Shown: positions 8,488 to 17,882, counted from the first letter of the stretch. The stretch: DNA of 57,543 nucleotides from Candidatus Nomurabacteria bacterium GW2011_GWE2_34_25 (GCA_000990325.1 LBPS01000001.1:1-57543), one strand, 5' to 3'. The notes: generated by a model not told the origin, from the sequence alone. Numbers and translations: made by a program.

Positions 8488-11400
8488 TTATTCCATCGGG
8501 CTTGGTCTTTTTAATCCTTCAATCATAATACTTTTTTCTCCATTTCTTTCTGTAATCTTGCCTTGATAGGCTATAATTGTATCTTTCACAAGTAATTCCT
8601 TATTGATTTCGAAGAGTTTACTAAATACCACTGCATCTATAGCCCCAGTGTAGTCCGAGACTTTTATAAATGCCATACGGTCATTCTTCTTTGTTGTGAC
8701 GATTCTAATATCTTCCACGATCACTATTGATTTGATAGCAGTATTTACCTTCAATTCCTCTTTTATTTTTTTAATGACGGTTCCAAACTTTTCAATTTTA
8801 TCTTTATAATTGTCTAGAGGGTGCCCTGAGATATATAAGCCTAGTAAGTCTTTCTCCCAAGCGAGTTGTTCTTCGTGTGTTGGTTCAACCTGGCTTTCTA
8901 AAGAGAGCTTGACCTCTATCCCACCAATAGAGCCGAAAAGGGATTCTTGAGTATCAGCTCCTCTCGTTTCCTTATTGAAAGCTAAAAGCTTTTCTAGGTT
9001 CCCCATAACCATATTTCTATGTGTTACAAATTCATCCATTGCTCCACACTTGGCGAGTGCTTCTATAGATTTTTTATTTAGATTTTTGTGGTTTATTCTC
9101 TCTAAGAAATCAGCCAGTGACTTGTACTTACCGTTTTTCTTCCTCTCTTCGATTATGGCATCGGCAATATCTACTCCAAGATTTTTAATATTATAAAATC
9201 CAAAGCGGATAGTTCTGTCAGTAGCATGGTCACTTCCTTTTATAACTGTGAAGCCACCGTAGCTCTCATTGATATTTGGAGGAAGGACTTTGATTTTTAT
9301 TTTCTCGCATTCGTGGATAATTTCAGCAACTTTCTCTATATCTCCTGATTCCGAAGTCATGATTGCTGTCATGTACTCTACAGGGTAGTTGGCTTTCATG
9401 TAGGCAGTCTGGTATGCCACAAGCCCATAACTTGCCGCATGGGCCTTATTGAATCCATAGGCTGCAAATGGTTCTATAAGTAACCAAAATTCCTGAGCTT
9501 TTTTCTCAGTCATTCCATTTTTAACGAAACCAGTCAAGAGTTTATCCTTTTCAGCTTCCATGACCTCAGGGATTTTCTTACCCATAGCTTTACGGAGCTT
9601 ATCTGCTTCAAGCCAAGAATATCCAGCAAGATTAATAGCGGTCATCATAACATCATCTTGATAGGTTATGACTCCAAAAGATTGATCCAAGATATCTTTA
9701 AGTCTTGGGTCAAGGTAAGTGATGAGTCGTGGGTTGTGCTTACGTTTAATATATTCAGGAATGGACTCCATTGGTCCAGGACGATATAAAGCCACCATTG
9801 CATTGATGTCGTGAATTGTAGTCGGTTTAAGTTCTTTTAAGTATCGAGTCATACCAGAACCATTAAGCTGGAAGAGTCCACTTGTCTCACCATTTGCGAG
9901 TAATTCAAAAGTTCGCTTATCATTTAGAGGAATATTATCGATATCGATATCAACTTTATGAATTATTTTGACTAACCTGACAGCTTCAGCTAAAATAGCT
10001 AAATTTCTTATTCCTAGAAAGTCGAATTTTGGAAGTCCAGCATCTTCGATACTATACATATCGTATTGAGTAATGATGTGTCCACCCTTTGGATCGTATT
10101 GTATAGGAGAGAATTCATAAAGTGGACGAGGGGCGATGACGACTCCTGCTGCATGCACAGAAATGTGTCTTACACAGCCCTCCATTTTCTTTGCAAGGTC
10201 TATTATTTTTTTTGTATCTGGTTCTGTTTTGTATGCAGTTTTGAGTTCAGGAATTATCTTCATTGCATGGTCTATCGTCATAGGCATACCTTGAGAGCCG
10301 AGAGGAATCATAGAAGAAATTCGATCTCCAATGTTGTATGGATAGCCTAGGGCACGTGCAACGTCACGCACAGAGCCTTTGGCCATCATGGTTCCAAAGG
10401 TACCTATCTGTGCCACCTTGTCTTCACCATATTTTCTTTTTGCATAAGCTATCACTTCATCACGACGATTATCAGCATAGTCCATGTCTATATCAGGGAG
10501 TGATGGACGCTCTGGGTTTAAGAATCTTTCGAAAGGGAGCTTGTAGGCGATAGGGTCAACCTTAGTAATACCTACAAGGTAAGTGGTAAGTGATCCAGCG
10601 ACTGAACCTCGGATATTTGTATAGATATCATTTTCACGAGAGAAGCGGAGTAGGTCAGAAACTACCAAGAAGTATGCTGAGTAACCTTTTTTTTTGATAA
10701 TTCCGAGTTCATATTCTAGTCTGTCGATGTATTCTTTAGTTTGCTCTAACTTTCTAAACAGGAATCCCTCATAAGCTAATTTACGTAAAACTTCATTGGC
10801 ATTTGTATCTAGGGGAATAGGGAAGTCTGGAAAGTAAGCAGTACCCAATTCTAGGTCATAACTTTCACACAAATCTGCAACTACCTTTGTATTTTTTACT
10901 GCTTCGGGAATATCTTTGAAATATTTGAGTGCTGTCTTCTCGTCTATAAGAGAAAAGTCATCTTCTGAGAATTCAAGCCCCGTTCCTTCCTTCCCGTCCA
11001 TAACTCCCGTGTTGACTGCTAGGAGAGTGTGGTGAGCATCATGGTCATCAGTACATAAGTAGTGAGAGTCTTGTCCGGCGACAACAGGGATACCCCACTT
11101 CTTTCCTAGAGCTACGATACCATCTCTTAGCTTTTTATCATTTTCAACGTGTGGGTGTGAGTGAACTTCTAAGAAATAATATTCCTTACCGAAAATTTCT
11201 TGGTGTTCTTTTATTAAAATTTCTGCTTTCTCATTATTGCCAGCAAGGACTGCTTGAGAAAGTTGGCTACCCATACAACCAGAAAGACAAATGATTCCTT
11301 CGGCATAAAGTCGGAGTACTTCTTTGTCCATACGAGGTTTATAGTAATATCCCTCCATGTTGGCAATGGATATAAGTCGCATCAAGTTTTTGTATCCTTG

Positions 11401-11706
11401 TTTATTGCGAGCAAGAAGGGTCAGGTGATAGCGTTTGTTGTCTACCCCAGGTTCTTTGTCAGCTCGTCCTCGTTCTGCTATATAAGCTTCTACTCCAATT
11501 ATAGGCTTTATTCCTGCCTTACGAGCTTCTTTATAGAGTTCTATGGCCCCGTACATGTTTCCGTGGTCAGTAATAGCTAGAGCGTTCATTCCATTCTTCT
11601 TGGCTGTTTTAATCATGTCAGGAATTTTAGAAAGTCCATCTAAAAGGGAGTAGTGAGAGTGAGTATGAAGATGTATAAACTCTGCATTTAGTTCCGATTT
11701 TTCCAT
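8488..11706 (-). CDS. dnaE: DNA polymerase III alpha subunit
   Basis: 1072 aa. N-terminal PHP domain HLHTHSHYSLLDG. Polymerase core and OB-fold C-terminus. Confidence 0.97.
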   Translation of the reverse strand: MEKSELNAEFIHLHTHSHYSLLDGLSKIPDMIKTAKKNGMNALAITDHGNMYGAIELYKEARKAGIKPIIGVEAYIAERGRADKEPGVDNKRYHLTLLARNKQGYKNLMRLISIANMEGYYYKPRMDKEVLRLYAEGIICLSGCMGSQLSQAVLAGNNEKAEILIKEHQEIFGKEYYFLEVHSHPHVENDKKLRDGIVALGKKWGIPVVAGQDSHYLCTDDHDAHHTLLAVNTGVMDGKEGTGLEFSEDDFSLIDEKTALKYFKDIPEAVKNTKVVADLCESYDLELGTAYFPDFPIPLDTNANEVLRKLAYEGFLFRKLEQTKEYIDRLEYELGIIKKKGYSAYFLVVSDLLRFSRENDIYTNIRGSVAGSLTTYLVGITKVDPIAYKLPFERFLNPERPSLPDIDMDYADNRRDEVIAYAKRKYGEDKVAQIGTFGTMMAKGSVRDVARALGYPYNIGDRISSMIPLGSQGMPMTIDHAMKIIPELKTAYKTEPDTKKIIDLAKKMEGCVRHISVHAAGVVIAPRPLYEFSPIQYDPKGGHIITQYDMYSIEDAGLPKFDFLGIRNLAILAEAVRLVKIIHKVDIDIDNIPLNDKRTFELLANGETSGLFQLNGSGMTRYLKELKPTTIHDINAMVALYRPGPMESIPEYIKRKHNPRLITYLDPRLKDILDQSFGVITYQDDVMMTAINLAGYSWLEADKLRKAMGKKIPEVMEAEKDKLLTGFVKNGMTEKKAQEFWLLIEPFAAYGFNKAHAASYGLVAYQTAYMKANYPVEYMTAIMTSESGDIEKVAEIIHECEKIKIKVLPPNINESYGGFTVIKGSDHATDRTIRFGFYNIKNLGVDIADAIIEERKKNGKYKSLADFLERINHKNLNKKSIEALAKCGAMDEFVTHRNMVMGNLEKLLAFNKETRGADTQESLFGSIGGIEVKLSLESQVEPTHEEQLAWEKDLLGLYISGHPLDNYKDKIEKFGTVIKKIKEELKVNTAIKSIVIVEDIRIVTTKKNDRMAFIKVSDYTGAIDAVVFSKLFEINKELLVKDTIIAYQGKITERNGEKSIMIEGLKRPSPME

Positions 11707-11735
11707 ATTTCCTTAGTATAGCAAATAAGGTATCA

Positions 11736-12431
11736 TTGTTCTATATGGCAAATAAAGACACCATAAAATACATAATTGGTATAGATGAGGTTGGTAGAGG
11801 TCCTTTGGCGGGGCCCGTGGCGGTCTGTGCATTTCTTATAAAAGATAGAAAATTTCTTGATGAGCAGTTTGCCATAGGCCTTGCCTATGGCAAACTGCCG
11901 AAGCTTAAAGATTCTAAAAAGCTTTCTAAGAAGCAAAGGGAAGAGTGGTTTGAATATTTAAAAGTCGCAAAAGCCGAAGGCTTTTGCGACTACTCTGTAT
12001 CTTTTGTATCACCTGAAAATATCGATAAATTTGGAATTGCGAAATGTATACAGAAAGCGTTGAATGAATCTTTGCAGAAAGTAACTTCGCAAGATTCTTC
12101 AAATTCTTCGCGCTTTACCCTAAAGGGCTCCGACGCGGCTCAGAATTTTAAGAACCTTGCTTCGTTCGGTGTTTATCTAGACGGTGGACTTCATGCACCA
12201 GCCCAATACGTTAATCAAGAGACAATCATAAGAGGGGACGAACTTCATCCTGTTATTTCACTGGCGTCCATTGTGGCGAAAGTTACTCGTGACGCTGTGA
12301 TGACCAAATATGCAAAAGAATATCCCGAGTATGGTTTCGAGCGTCACGCAGGCTACGGTACCAAAGCTCACTACGAAGCCATCAAAACTCACGGACAGAC
12401 CCCCATCCACCGTAAAACCTTCATCCATTAA
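11736..12431 (+). CDS. rnhB: Ribonuclease HII carrying three in-frame palindromic insertions
   Basis: Motifs DEVGRGPLAGPV, DSKKLS, SIVAKVTRD, GYGT and HRKTF. 35 aa separate the GRGP and DSKKL motifs, longer than I recall for E. coli RnhB. Confidence 0.9.
   Translation: MFYMANKDTIKYIIGIDEVGRGPLAGPVAVCAFLIKDRKFLDEQFAIGLAYGKLPKLKDSKKLSKKQREEWFEYLKVAKAEGFCDYSVSFVSPENIDKFGIAKCIQKALNESLQKVTSQDSSNSSRFTLKGSDAAQNFKNLASFGVYLDGGLHAPAQYVNQETIIRGDELHPVISLASIVAKVTRDAVMTKYAKEYPEYGFERHAGYGTKAHYEAIKTHGQTPIHRKTFIH
11864..11898. repeat. Perfect 16-bp-stem palindrome inside rnhB
   Basis: gcagtttgccataggc ctt gcctatggcaaactgc, translated in frame as QFAIGLAYGKL. Confidence 0.9.
11963..11991. repeat. Perfect 13-bp-stem palindrome inside rnhB
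   Basis: agtcgcaaaagcc gaa ggcttttgcgact, translated as VAKAEGFCD. Confidence 0.9.
12089..12160. repeat. ~72-nt composite palindromic element inside rnhB (28-nt core 12111-12138)
   Basis: The core cgctttaccctaaagggctccgacgcgg is identical to 41858-41885. It is flanked by the imperfect inverted repeat gcaagattcttcaaattct / agaattttaagaaccttgc. The length of 72 nt preserves the frame. Confidence 0.8.
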
Positions 12432-12459
12432 ATGCACTAGGTCTTGCCTAGTGCATTTA
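12429..12459. repeat. Palindrome family B, copy 1 (loop tcttg); contains the rnhB stop codon
   Basis: taaatgcactagg tcttg cctagtgcattta: perfect 13-bp stem. Confidence 0.9.
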
Positions 12460-12478
12460 ATGAATATATAATAAATAT

Positions 12479-13141
12479 ATGTCTATTAGAAAAGTAAATT
12501 TTGTAGGTGGTGAATATTACCATATTTACAATCGTGGAAATAGTAAACAGAAAATTTTTCACGATAATCAAGATTATCGTCGCTTTGTAGACTTATTATA
12601 TTTGTTAAATAATAGTCAAAATCTTAATGTATTTCATTTAAATAGAAGTAGTACTTTTGACGTGTATGAAACTAAAATTGATAATAAATTAGTTTCAATT
12701 GGTGCATATTGTCTAATGCCCAATCATTTTCATCTTTTAGCAACGGAAAAAACAGAAGGAGGTATAAGTAAATTTATGCAAAAACTAACAACTGCATATG
12801 TGATGTATTACAATAAAAAACAAGAAAGAACAGGGGGTCTTTTCGAGGGTAAATTTAAGGCGGAACATGCGGGGGATGACAGATATTTAAAGTATTTATA
12901 TTCTTATGTACATCTTAACCCTATAAAACTTATAGATAAAAAATGGAAAGAAGAGGGGGTAAAAGATAGAAATGAAGCTTTAAAATATTTGGGTGAATAT
13001 AAGTATTCTAGTTACCTTGATTATATAGGAGAAAATAGAATTCAAAATAAAATTTTAGATATGGATAGTTTCCCTAAATATTTTTCAACAGACAAAGCTT
13101 TTAAAAGTGAAATTTTTGAGTGGTTAAATTATAATATCTAA
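12479..13141 (+). CDS. HUH/Y1 transposase-like protein (RAYT / IS200-like), paralog 2
   Basis: HUH motif MPNHFHLL and Tyr motif YVHLNPIKL. Flanked by family-B palindromes in inverted orientation. Confidence 0.85.
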   Translation: MSIRKVNFVGGEYYHIYNRGNSKQKIFHDNQDYRRFVDLLYLLNNSQNLNVFHLNRSSTFDVYETKIDNKLVSIGAYCLMPNHFHLLATEKTEGGISKFMQKLTTAYVMYYNKKQERTGGLFEGKFKAEHAGDDRYLKYLYSYVHLNPIKLIDKKWKEEGVKDRNEALKYLGEYKYSSYLDYIGENRIQNKILDMDSFPKYFSTDKAFKSEIFEWLNYNI

Positions 13142-13171
13142 AATGCACTAGGCAAGACCTAGTGCATTTTA
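13139..13171. repeat. Palindrome family B, copy 2 (loop caaga, inverted relative to copy 1); contains the stop codon of HUH gene 2
   Basis: taaaatgcactagg caaga cctagtgcatttta. Confidence 0.9.
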
Positions 13172-13203
13172 AGCTTAATTGAATTATGTTATAGTTAATA
13201 AAT

Positions 13204-13779
13204 ATGGAAACAGAATATGAAGCTACTTATATAAATATTGATAAAGACGAAATAAGAGAAAGACTAAAAAATTCTGGAGCTGTTTTAGAAAGATCTGAAT
13301 TTTTACAGAAAAGAATTCCTTTCGATTTATCATACGAGAAACAAGCCTTACATACTTTTGCAAGAGTTAGAGACGAGGGAGATAAAATAACAATGAGTAT
13401 AAAATCTATAAATGGTGATAAAATTCATAATCAGAATGAGTTGTGTCTTACTGTAGATAATTTTGATCATGCCGTTAAATTTTTGGAGTTATTGGGGTGT
13501 AATCCTAAGTCATATCAAGAGAGTAAGCGTGAGCTATGGAGATTAGATGGTGTTGAAATAACAATAGATACGTGGCCATTTTTAGAACCATTTGTTGAGG
13601 TTGAGGGTAGGTCAGAAGAAGAAGTTAAAAAAGTTTCTAAAAAGATTGGTTTTGATTATTCTGAGGCATTATTTTGTGGAACTGATAAGATATATGAAAT
13701 GAAATACGGAATTTCTTGTGTAAAAGTTAATAACATTCCAAAAATAATTTTTGATATGGAAAATCCATTTATAAAATAA
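13204..13779 (+). CDS. CYTH-domain protein (class IV adenylate cyclase / triphosphate tunnel metalloenzyme-like)
   Basis: 191 aa. N-terminal acidic strand TEYEATYI, RVRDEGDKITMSIKS, and VEITIDTWPFLEPFVEVEG typical of CyaB/CYTH. Confidence 0.6.
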   Translation: METEYEATYINIDKDEIRERLKNSGAVLERSEFLQKRIPFDLSYEKQALHTFARVRDEGDKITMSIKSINGDKIHNQNELCLTVDNFDHAVKFLELLGCNPKSYQESKRELWRLDGVEITIDTWPFLEPFVEVEGRSEEEVKKVSKKIGFDYSEALFCGTDKIYEMKYGISCVKVNNIPKIIFDMENPFIK

Positions 13780-13809
13780 AATGCACTAGGCAAGACCTAG
13801 TGCATTTTA
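13777..13809. repeat. Palindrome family B, copy 3; contains the stop codon of the CYTH gene and abuts the pepN 3' end
   Basis: taaaatgcactagg caaga cctagtgcatttta, identical to copy 2. Confidence 0.9.
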
Positions 13810-13813
13810 TTTT

Positions 13814-16417
13814 TTAGTAATTTTTATTGAGCCAATTTTGGATTGATTTTTTGTCGTCTTTTAGCCAAGCTACATTTGATTCTATTCTCTCACATGCTTG
13901 CTTGAGAGTTTTCTCTGCGGCGGGGGCAGCATTTTTAGAAAAGAATTTTTGGGCGTCTTTTAAATCTTTTATTGTTGTGTGGTTACCTAGTATGAACATC
14001 ATTCTAGCTAACATAATTCCTCCTTCTCCATATTTTTTGAGTATTATATTCCAGTTATTTTTTAGAAACTGCCATGTAATATCTTGTCCAGATTTATTAT
14101 TCCAAGTTGAAGCTATTAAGAATGGTGCGAGATTATCCCTGACATCTTTTGATATTGCAAAATTAAGAGTTTTCTCTAGTAATTTGATGTTTTCAAATTG
14201 AGTCATAGCTCTGCCCAATCTCTCCTTCTCTTCGTCTAAGGTTTCTTCTTTGTATAGTTTTTCAAATGTTTTCCATTCTTTTAATCCACCGTATCTTGTC
14301 ACAGTGTTATAGATGACACCCCTCATATCAGGATCTATGGGCCGGAATATTCTATTTGAAAATATACCAATAGCCTCTTTTATTATTTCCTTATCTCCAT
14401 AAAATGCCGCCTGAGATATCAATAAATTTCTTAGAAGGGTGTATGAGCTATCTTCGTTTTTCTTCTTATCAAAGCCGATTTCTTTCGCTTTCTGGGAGAA
14501 TAATGACAGTGCATATTCTCTAAATTTATTTATATATTCTTCGTTATGAACAATATTATAAATTTTACTTATTCCATAGACTAATTCAGTCCAGACAGTG
14601 TAGCTGGTTTCATTTTTGTATGACAATGAAAATTCTAAAGCTTCGTCGGTACCAATATAGCCACTTTCGGCTAATGCGAATACATCTCTGATTACTCCCA
14701 GTCTATCCGTTACTGAAATATGATTTTCTTCTATGTTTTTCTTAATGGAGTTCAGAGTGTCTTTGTCATAACAGACTTTCATGAAGTTGCTTTCGTCCAC
14801 ATTTAATTTGTTCACAGACTTTTCTTTGAGAACAATGCCTTTATTATTAAGTAATATCTTTTTGCATTTATTTTCTGTTTTGTATAATACTGGAATTTGC
14901 CAAATTTTATTTGATTGGTTTTCTTCTTTTACTATTCTACTTGAGAAGAATTTTTCTTGTTTGAGGATGAACCCCTTATTTTTATTTTTGGTAAGAATAA
15001 TAACAGGGAAGCCCGCTTGCTTGGTCCAAGAATTCATTATTTTTCCTATTGGTTTTTTACTTATTTTTTCGAAGGCTTCCCACAGATCTATAGTTTTTGT
15101 ATTTTTGTAACTATGTTTTTTAAGATAGTATCTTAGACCATTTTTGAATTTATCTTCTCCTATATATTCACATAGCATTCTTATCATCGCTGTTCCTTTC
15201 TCATATGACACCATATCGAAAGTCTCATTTATCTCATCTGGATGATTTACCTCAACTTCTATTGCGTGCGTATTTTTTAATGAATCTATCTCGATAGCAT
15301 TTCTATATCTATTACTTGCTAAATATAAATCCCATACTTTCCATTCTGGGAAGAGTTCATTTGTGCATACTTTTTCCATATATGAAGCGAACCCCTCATT
15401 TAGCCATAAATCTGTCCACCAGTGCATTGTGACTAAATTCCCGAACCATTGATGAGCTAGTTCGTGTGCAACTGTCGTTGCAACCCATTGTTTATTTATA
15501 AGAGAAGAATGCTTCTCATCTATTAATACTGAAGATTCACGAAAAGTAATAGCTCCCCAGTTTTCCATACCAGCAGGTTCAAAATCAGGAATTGCAATTA
15601 AGTCTAAGTTTGGCATGGGGTAAGGTGTATCAAAATATTCAGCAAAGAATTCAAGTGATCTTATTGCTACATCGAGAGCAAAATGAGCTTGATGTATCTT
15701 GCCTTTAGTTGTGAATACTCTCACTTGTACTTTATTTTTTGTTTTGCCTTCTATGTATTCAAATTCACCAATTATAAATGCAAGTAGATAAGTCGACATT
15801 TTTGGTGACGGGGCAAAGGAGACTATTTTGTAGCCAGAACTATGAGGAGCGATATTGATTGGTAAAGTATTAGAAATTGCTGTTTGACCATCAGGTATTA
15901 CAAGTGACACTTCAAATATTGCTTTGTGTGCTGGTTCATCAAAGCAGGGGAATGCTCGTCTTGCATCTGTAGTTTCAAATTGTGTTGTCGCAATGTGTTT
16001 TTCTTTCCCATCTAGCATGTATTTGCTTTTATAAAAACCACGGAGATTATCGCTGATAACCCCAGAGAATACGATAGAGAGTTCAGCATTTCCCTTTAAT
16101 ACTTTATTTTTGAAATAAAAAGTAGTTGTTTCTTTTTGAATATCGTATGAAATTTTTGAAGCAAATTGTTTTATCTTTTGTATTTTTTTATTACCTGCTA
16201 CTTTCTGCTTGCTACTTATACTAACTGTTTCAATATCCAAATCTTTGCTATGAAGAGTTATTTCTTTTGCATCTTTATCAATTTTTATTTTAATTATTTC
16301 AATTCCAGAGAAAGTAGAAGACAGAATATCAGGATGAATTTTGAGTTTATAGTGAGTGGGGGATATATACTTAGGTAAGTGGACGGATATATCTTTGTTT
16401 TTTGAAAGTTTTGTCAT
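13814..16417 (-). CDS. pepN: Aminopeptidase N (M1 family)
   Basis: 867 aa. GxMEN motif (AGMENWG) and zinc site HELAHQWFGNLVTMHWWTDLWLNEGFA. Confidence 0.93.
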   Translation of the reverse strand: MTKLSKNKDISVHLPKYISPTHYKLKIHPDILSSTFSGIEIIKIKIDKDAKEITLHSKDLDIETVSISSKQKVAGNKKIQKIKQFASKISYDIQKETTTFYFKNKVLKGNAELSIVFSGVISDNLRGFYKSKYMLDGKEKHIATTQFETTDARRAFPCFDEPAHKAIFEVSLVIPDGQTAISNTLPINIAPHSSGYKIVSFAPSPKMSTYLLAFIIGEFEYIEGKTKNKVQVRVFTTKGKIHQAHFALDVAIRSLEFFAEYFDTPYPMPNLDLIAIPDFEPAGMENWGAITFRESSVLIDEKHSSLINKQWVATTVAHELAHQWFGNLVTMHWWTDLWLNEGFASYMEKVCTNELFPEWKVWDLYLASNRYRNAIEIDSLKNTHAIEVEVNHPDEINETFDMVSYEKGTAMIRMLCEYIGEDKFKNGLRYYLKKHSYKNTKTIDLWEAFEKISKKPIGKIMNSWTKQAGFPVIILTKNKNKGFILKQEKFFSSRIVKEENQSNKIWQIPVLYKTENKCKKILLNNKGIVLKEKSVNKLNVDESNFMKVCYDKDTLNSIKKNIEENHISVTDRLGVIRDVFALAESGYIGTDEALEFSLSYKNETSYTVWTELVYGISKIYNIVHNEEYINKFREYALSLFSQKAKEIGFDKKKNEDSSYTLLRNLLISQAAFYGDKEIIKEAIGIFSNRIFRPIDPDMRGVIYNTVTRYGGLKEWKTFEKLYKEETLDEEKERLGRAMTQFENIKLLEKTLNFAISKDVRDNLAPFLIASTWNNKSGQDITWQFLKNNWNIILKKYGEGGIMLARMMFILGNHTTIKDLKDAQKFFSKNAAPAAEKTLKQACERIESNVAWLKDDKKSIQNWLNKNY

Positions 16418-16445
16418 AGGTTTGATTATAACAAAATAGATTAAT

Positions 16446-16479
16446 TTTCTGAAATTTGGACTTTCTCAAATTTCAGAAA
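16446..16479. promoter_or_regulatory. Perfect 13-bp inverted repeat in the divergent pepN / ORF 16562 intergenic region (operator or hairpin)
   Basis: tttctgaaatttg gactttct caaatttcagaaa. Confidence 0.4.
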
Positions 16480-16561
16480 GCCAAAATGGCCTTATTTATC
16501 AGGCTTATATTACAAGGTGGGGGTATTGACAAAAGGTATACTTATATGATATAATACACGT

Positions 16562-17281
16562 ATGAAAAATAAAACATTAAAAAACTTAATAGCACTTGGC
16601 GCATTGGCTGTTTTTGTTTTGGGGTTTGATTTTGCCTCTGCTGCAGTATATGCATATCCTTCTTCTTGGACAATACCAGTGTCTTCAAATAGTATGCAGG
16701 ATTATTATCAGAGTGATTATAATTATTCAAATAATTACAATAATTATAATTCAAATCAATATGGCTATGTTCAACAGCAATCTACTCAGCAACCGTATTA
16801 TTATGTTCAGCCACAAGTAAAATACGTAACACAACCTACCACAACTCAGATTCAGTATGTTCCTCAGCAAACTGTACAATACGTCCCTTCACAGCAAACA
16901 GTTAAATACGTAAATACTGTTCCCAATACAAATAGCAATCTAGGAGCTTCAGTTGTAAGATCAAATACAATTACAACAGTAAATAAAAACACAGGAGCAA
17001 CGGGTAATACTGGTCAATATGTAAGTTATGATGCAAATAATCCAAATGTGATGTTGGCAAGTGCGTACGGAGCTTATAATGGACAGCAAGTTATTCAACC
17101 TCAGGTAGTCAACGATACTAACGGAGTAACTGCCTTAACAGTAAAAGGTTCTGGAGGTTTTATGCCTAGTTCAGTATTCCAATGGTTCTTGATAGTACTA
17201 TTAATCTTAGGAATTATAATAGTTGCCCGTATGGTAAGTAAATCATTCTCAAGGGATCCACATGGAACAGTAGCGCATTAA
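16562..17281 (+). CDS. Secreted Q/Y/N/T-rich low-complexity protein with C-terminal membrane anchor
   Basis: Signal peptide LIALGALAVFVLGFDFASA. YNNYN and QQ..YV repeats. C-terminal TM FQWFLIVLLILGIIIVARMV. Promoter TTGACA-18-TGATATAAT lies 6 nt from the ATG. Confidence 0.7.
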   Translation: MKNKTLKNLIALGALAVFVLGFDFASAAVYAYPSSWTIPVSSNSMQDYYQSDYNYSNNYNNYNSNQYGYVQQQSTQQPYYYVQPQVKYVTQPTTTQIQYVPQQTVQYVPSQQTVKYVNTVPNTNSNLGASVVRSNTITTVNKNTGATGNTGQYVSYDANNPNVMLASAYGAYNGQQVIQPQVVNDTNGVTALTVKGSGGFMPSSVFQWFLIVLLILGIIIVARMVSKSFSRDPHGTVAH

Positions 17282-17293
17282 TATAATTTTCAG

Positions 17294-17325
17294 AAAAGCA
17301 CCTCTTATAAAAAGAGGTGCTTTTT
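17294..17325 (+). terminator. Intrinsic terminator after ORF 16562
   Basis: aaaagcacctctt ataaa aagaggtgcttttt. Confidence 0.7.
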
Positions 17326-17367
17326 GATTTCATATATAAAAACAAATGGTCCATAGAAATGTAATTT

Positions 17368-17727
17368 CTATGGACCTAGATAAAATTGAAAGATTCTGTT
17401 CCAGTTTTGGAGGATCTTTTCCTCAAATACCTTGTTTCCAATTTTATATAGAAGTGCCATTCCTTCTTTATAACTATTAGGCGAATCGTTCCTCATTTCA
17501 TTAATAAAAAACAGAAACTCTGGTAGAAAATAGGAAGTTTTATTTTTTACGGAACCTTCTCCATAATACTCAATATCCTCCCTTATTTTTTCTCCATTTA
17601 ATTCTACGAAATGTCTGAGTTTTTCGTTTAGGTGGTAAGATTTAATTTTTAACTTTCCACCTGATTTTTGGGCCATAATTCTTGCTATTTGCAAGAATTC
17701 ACGAGTGAAATTAATATTTTCCTCCAT
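17368..17727 (-). CDS. Hypothetical protein
   Basis: 119-aa ORF with no overlapping longer ORF. No recognisable motifs. Confidence 0.5.
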   Translation of the reverse strand: MEENINFTREFLQIARIMAQKSGGKLKIKSYHLNEKLRHFVELNGEKIREDIEYYGEGSVKNKTSYFLPEFLFFINEMRNDSPNSYKEGMALLYKIGNKVFEEKILQNWNRIFQFYLGP

Positions 17728-17796
17728 TATGATATGTTTTTGTGAGACATTTTTCTTTTAGATTATTCCTAATTATATAGATTGTCAATGAATTCG

Positions 17797-17882
17797 TGCC
17801 AACGGGAAGATTCGAACTTCCAAGAGTTATTTAATTCCCCGTCCTGGTTTTCTGCCTTAAAATTTAAAGCAGGTACGTTGGC
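17797..17882 (-). ncRNA. tRNA-like element (perfect acceptor stem and canonical T-arm, non-canonical interior); possible tRNA pseudogene or non-standard tRNA
   Basis: Minus-strand 86-mer. GCCAACG pairs with CGTTGGC. T-arm GGAAG-TTCGAAT-CTTCC. Discriminator A. I could not draw a normal D-arm or anticodon arm. Confidence 0.3.

Noticed and set aside
8975-11580. Plus-strand ORFs of 71-108 aa inside dnaE (8975, 10066, 10338, 11254), and similar antisense ORFs inside secA, pepN, hisS, rpsA, gyrA, the LctP gene, the RT gene and the 767-aa gene
   Set aside because: All are fully embedded antisense to long ORFs with clear family motifs. Their low-complexity composition is typical of mirror-frame artefacts.
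16596-16820. Alternative-frame 74-aa ORF inside ORF 16562
   Set aside because: It lies on the same strand in a shifted frame within repetitive Q/Y/N-coding DNA. The long frame has a signal peptide and a C-terminal anchor.
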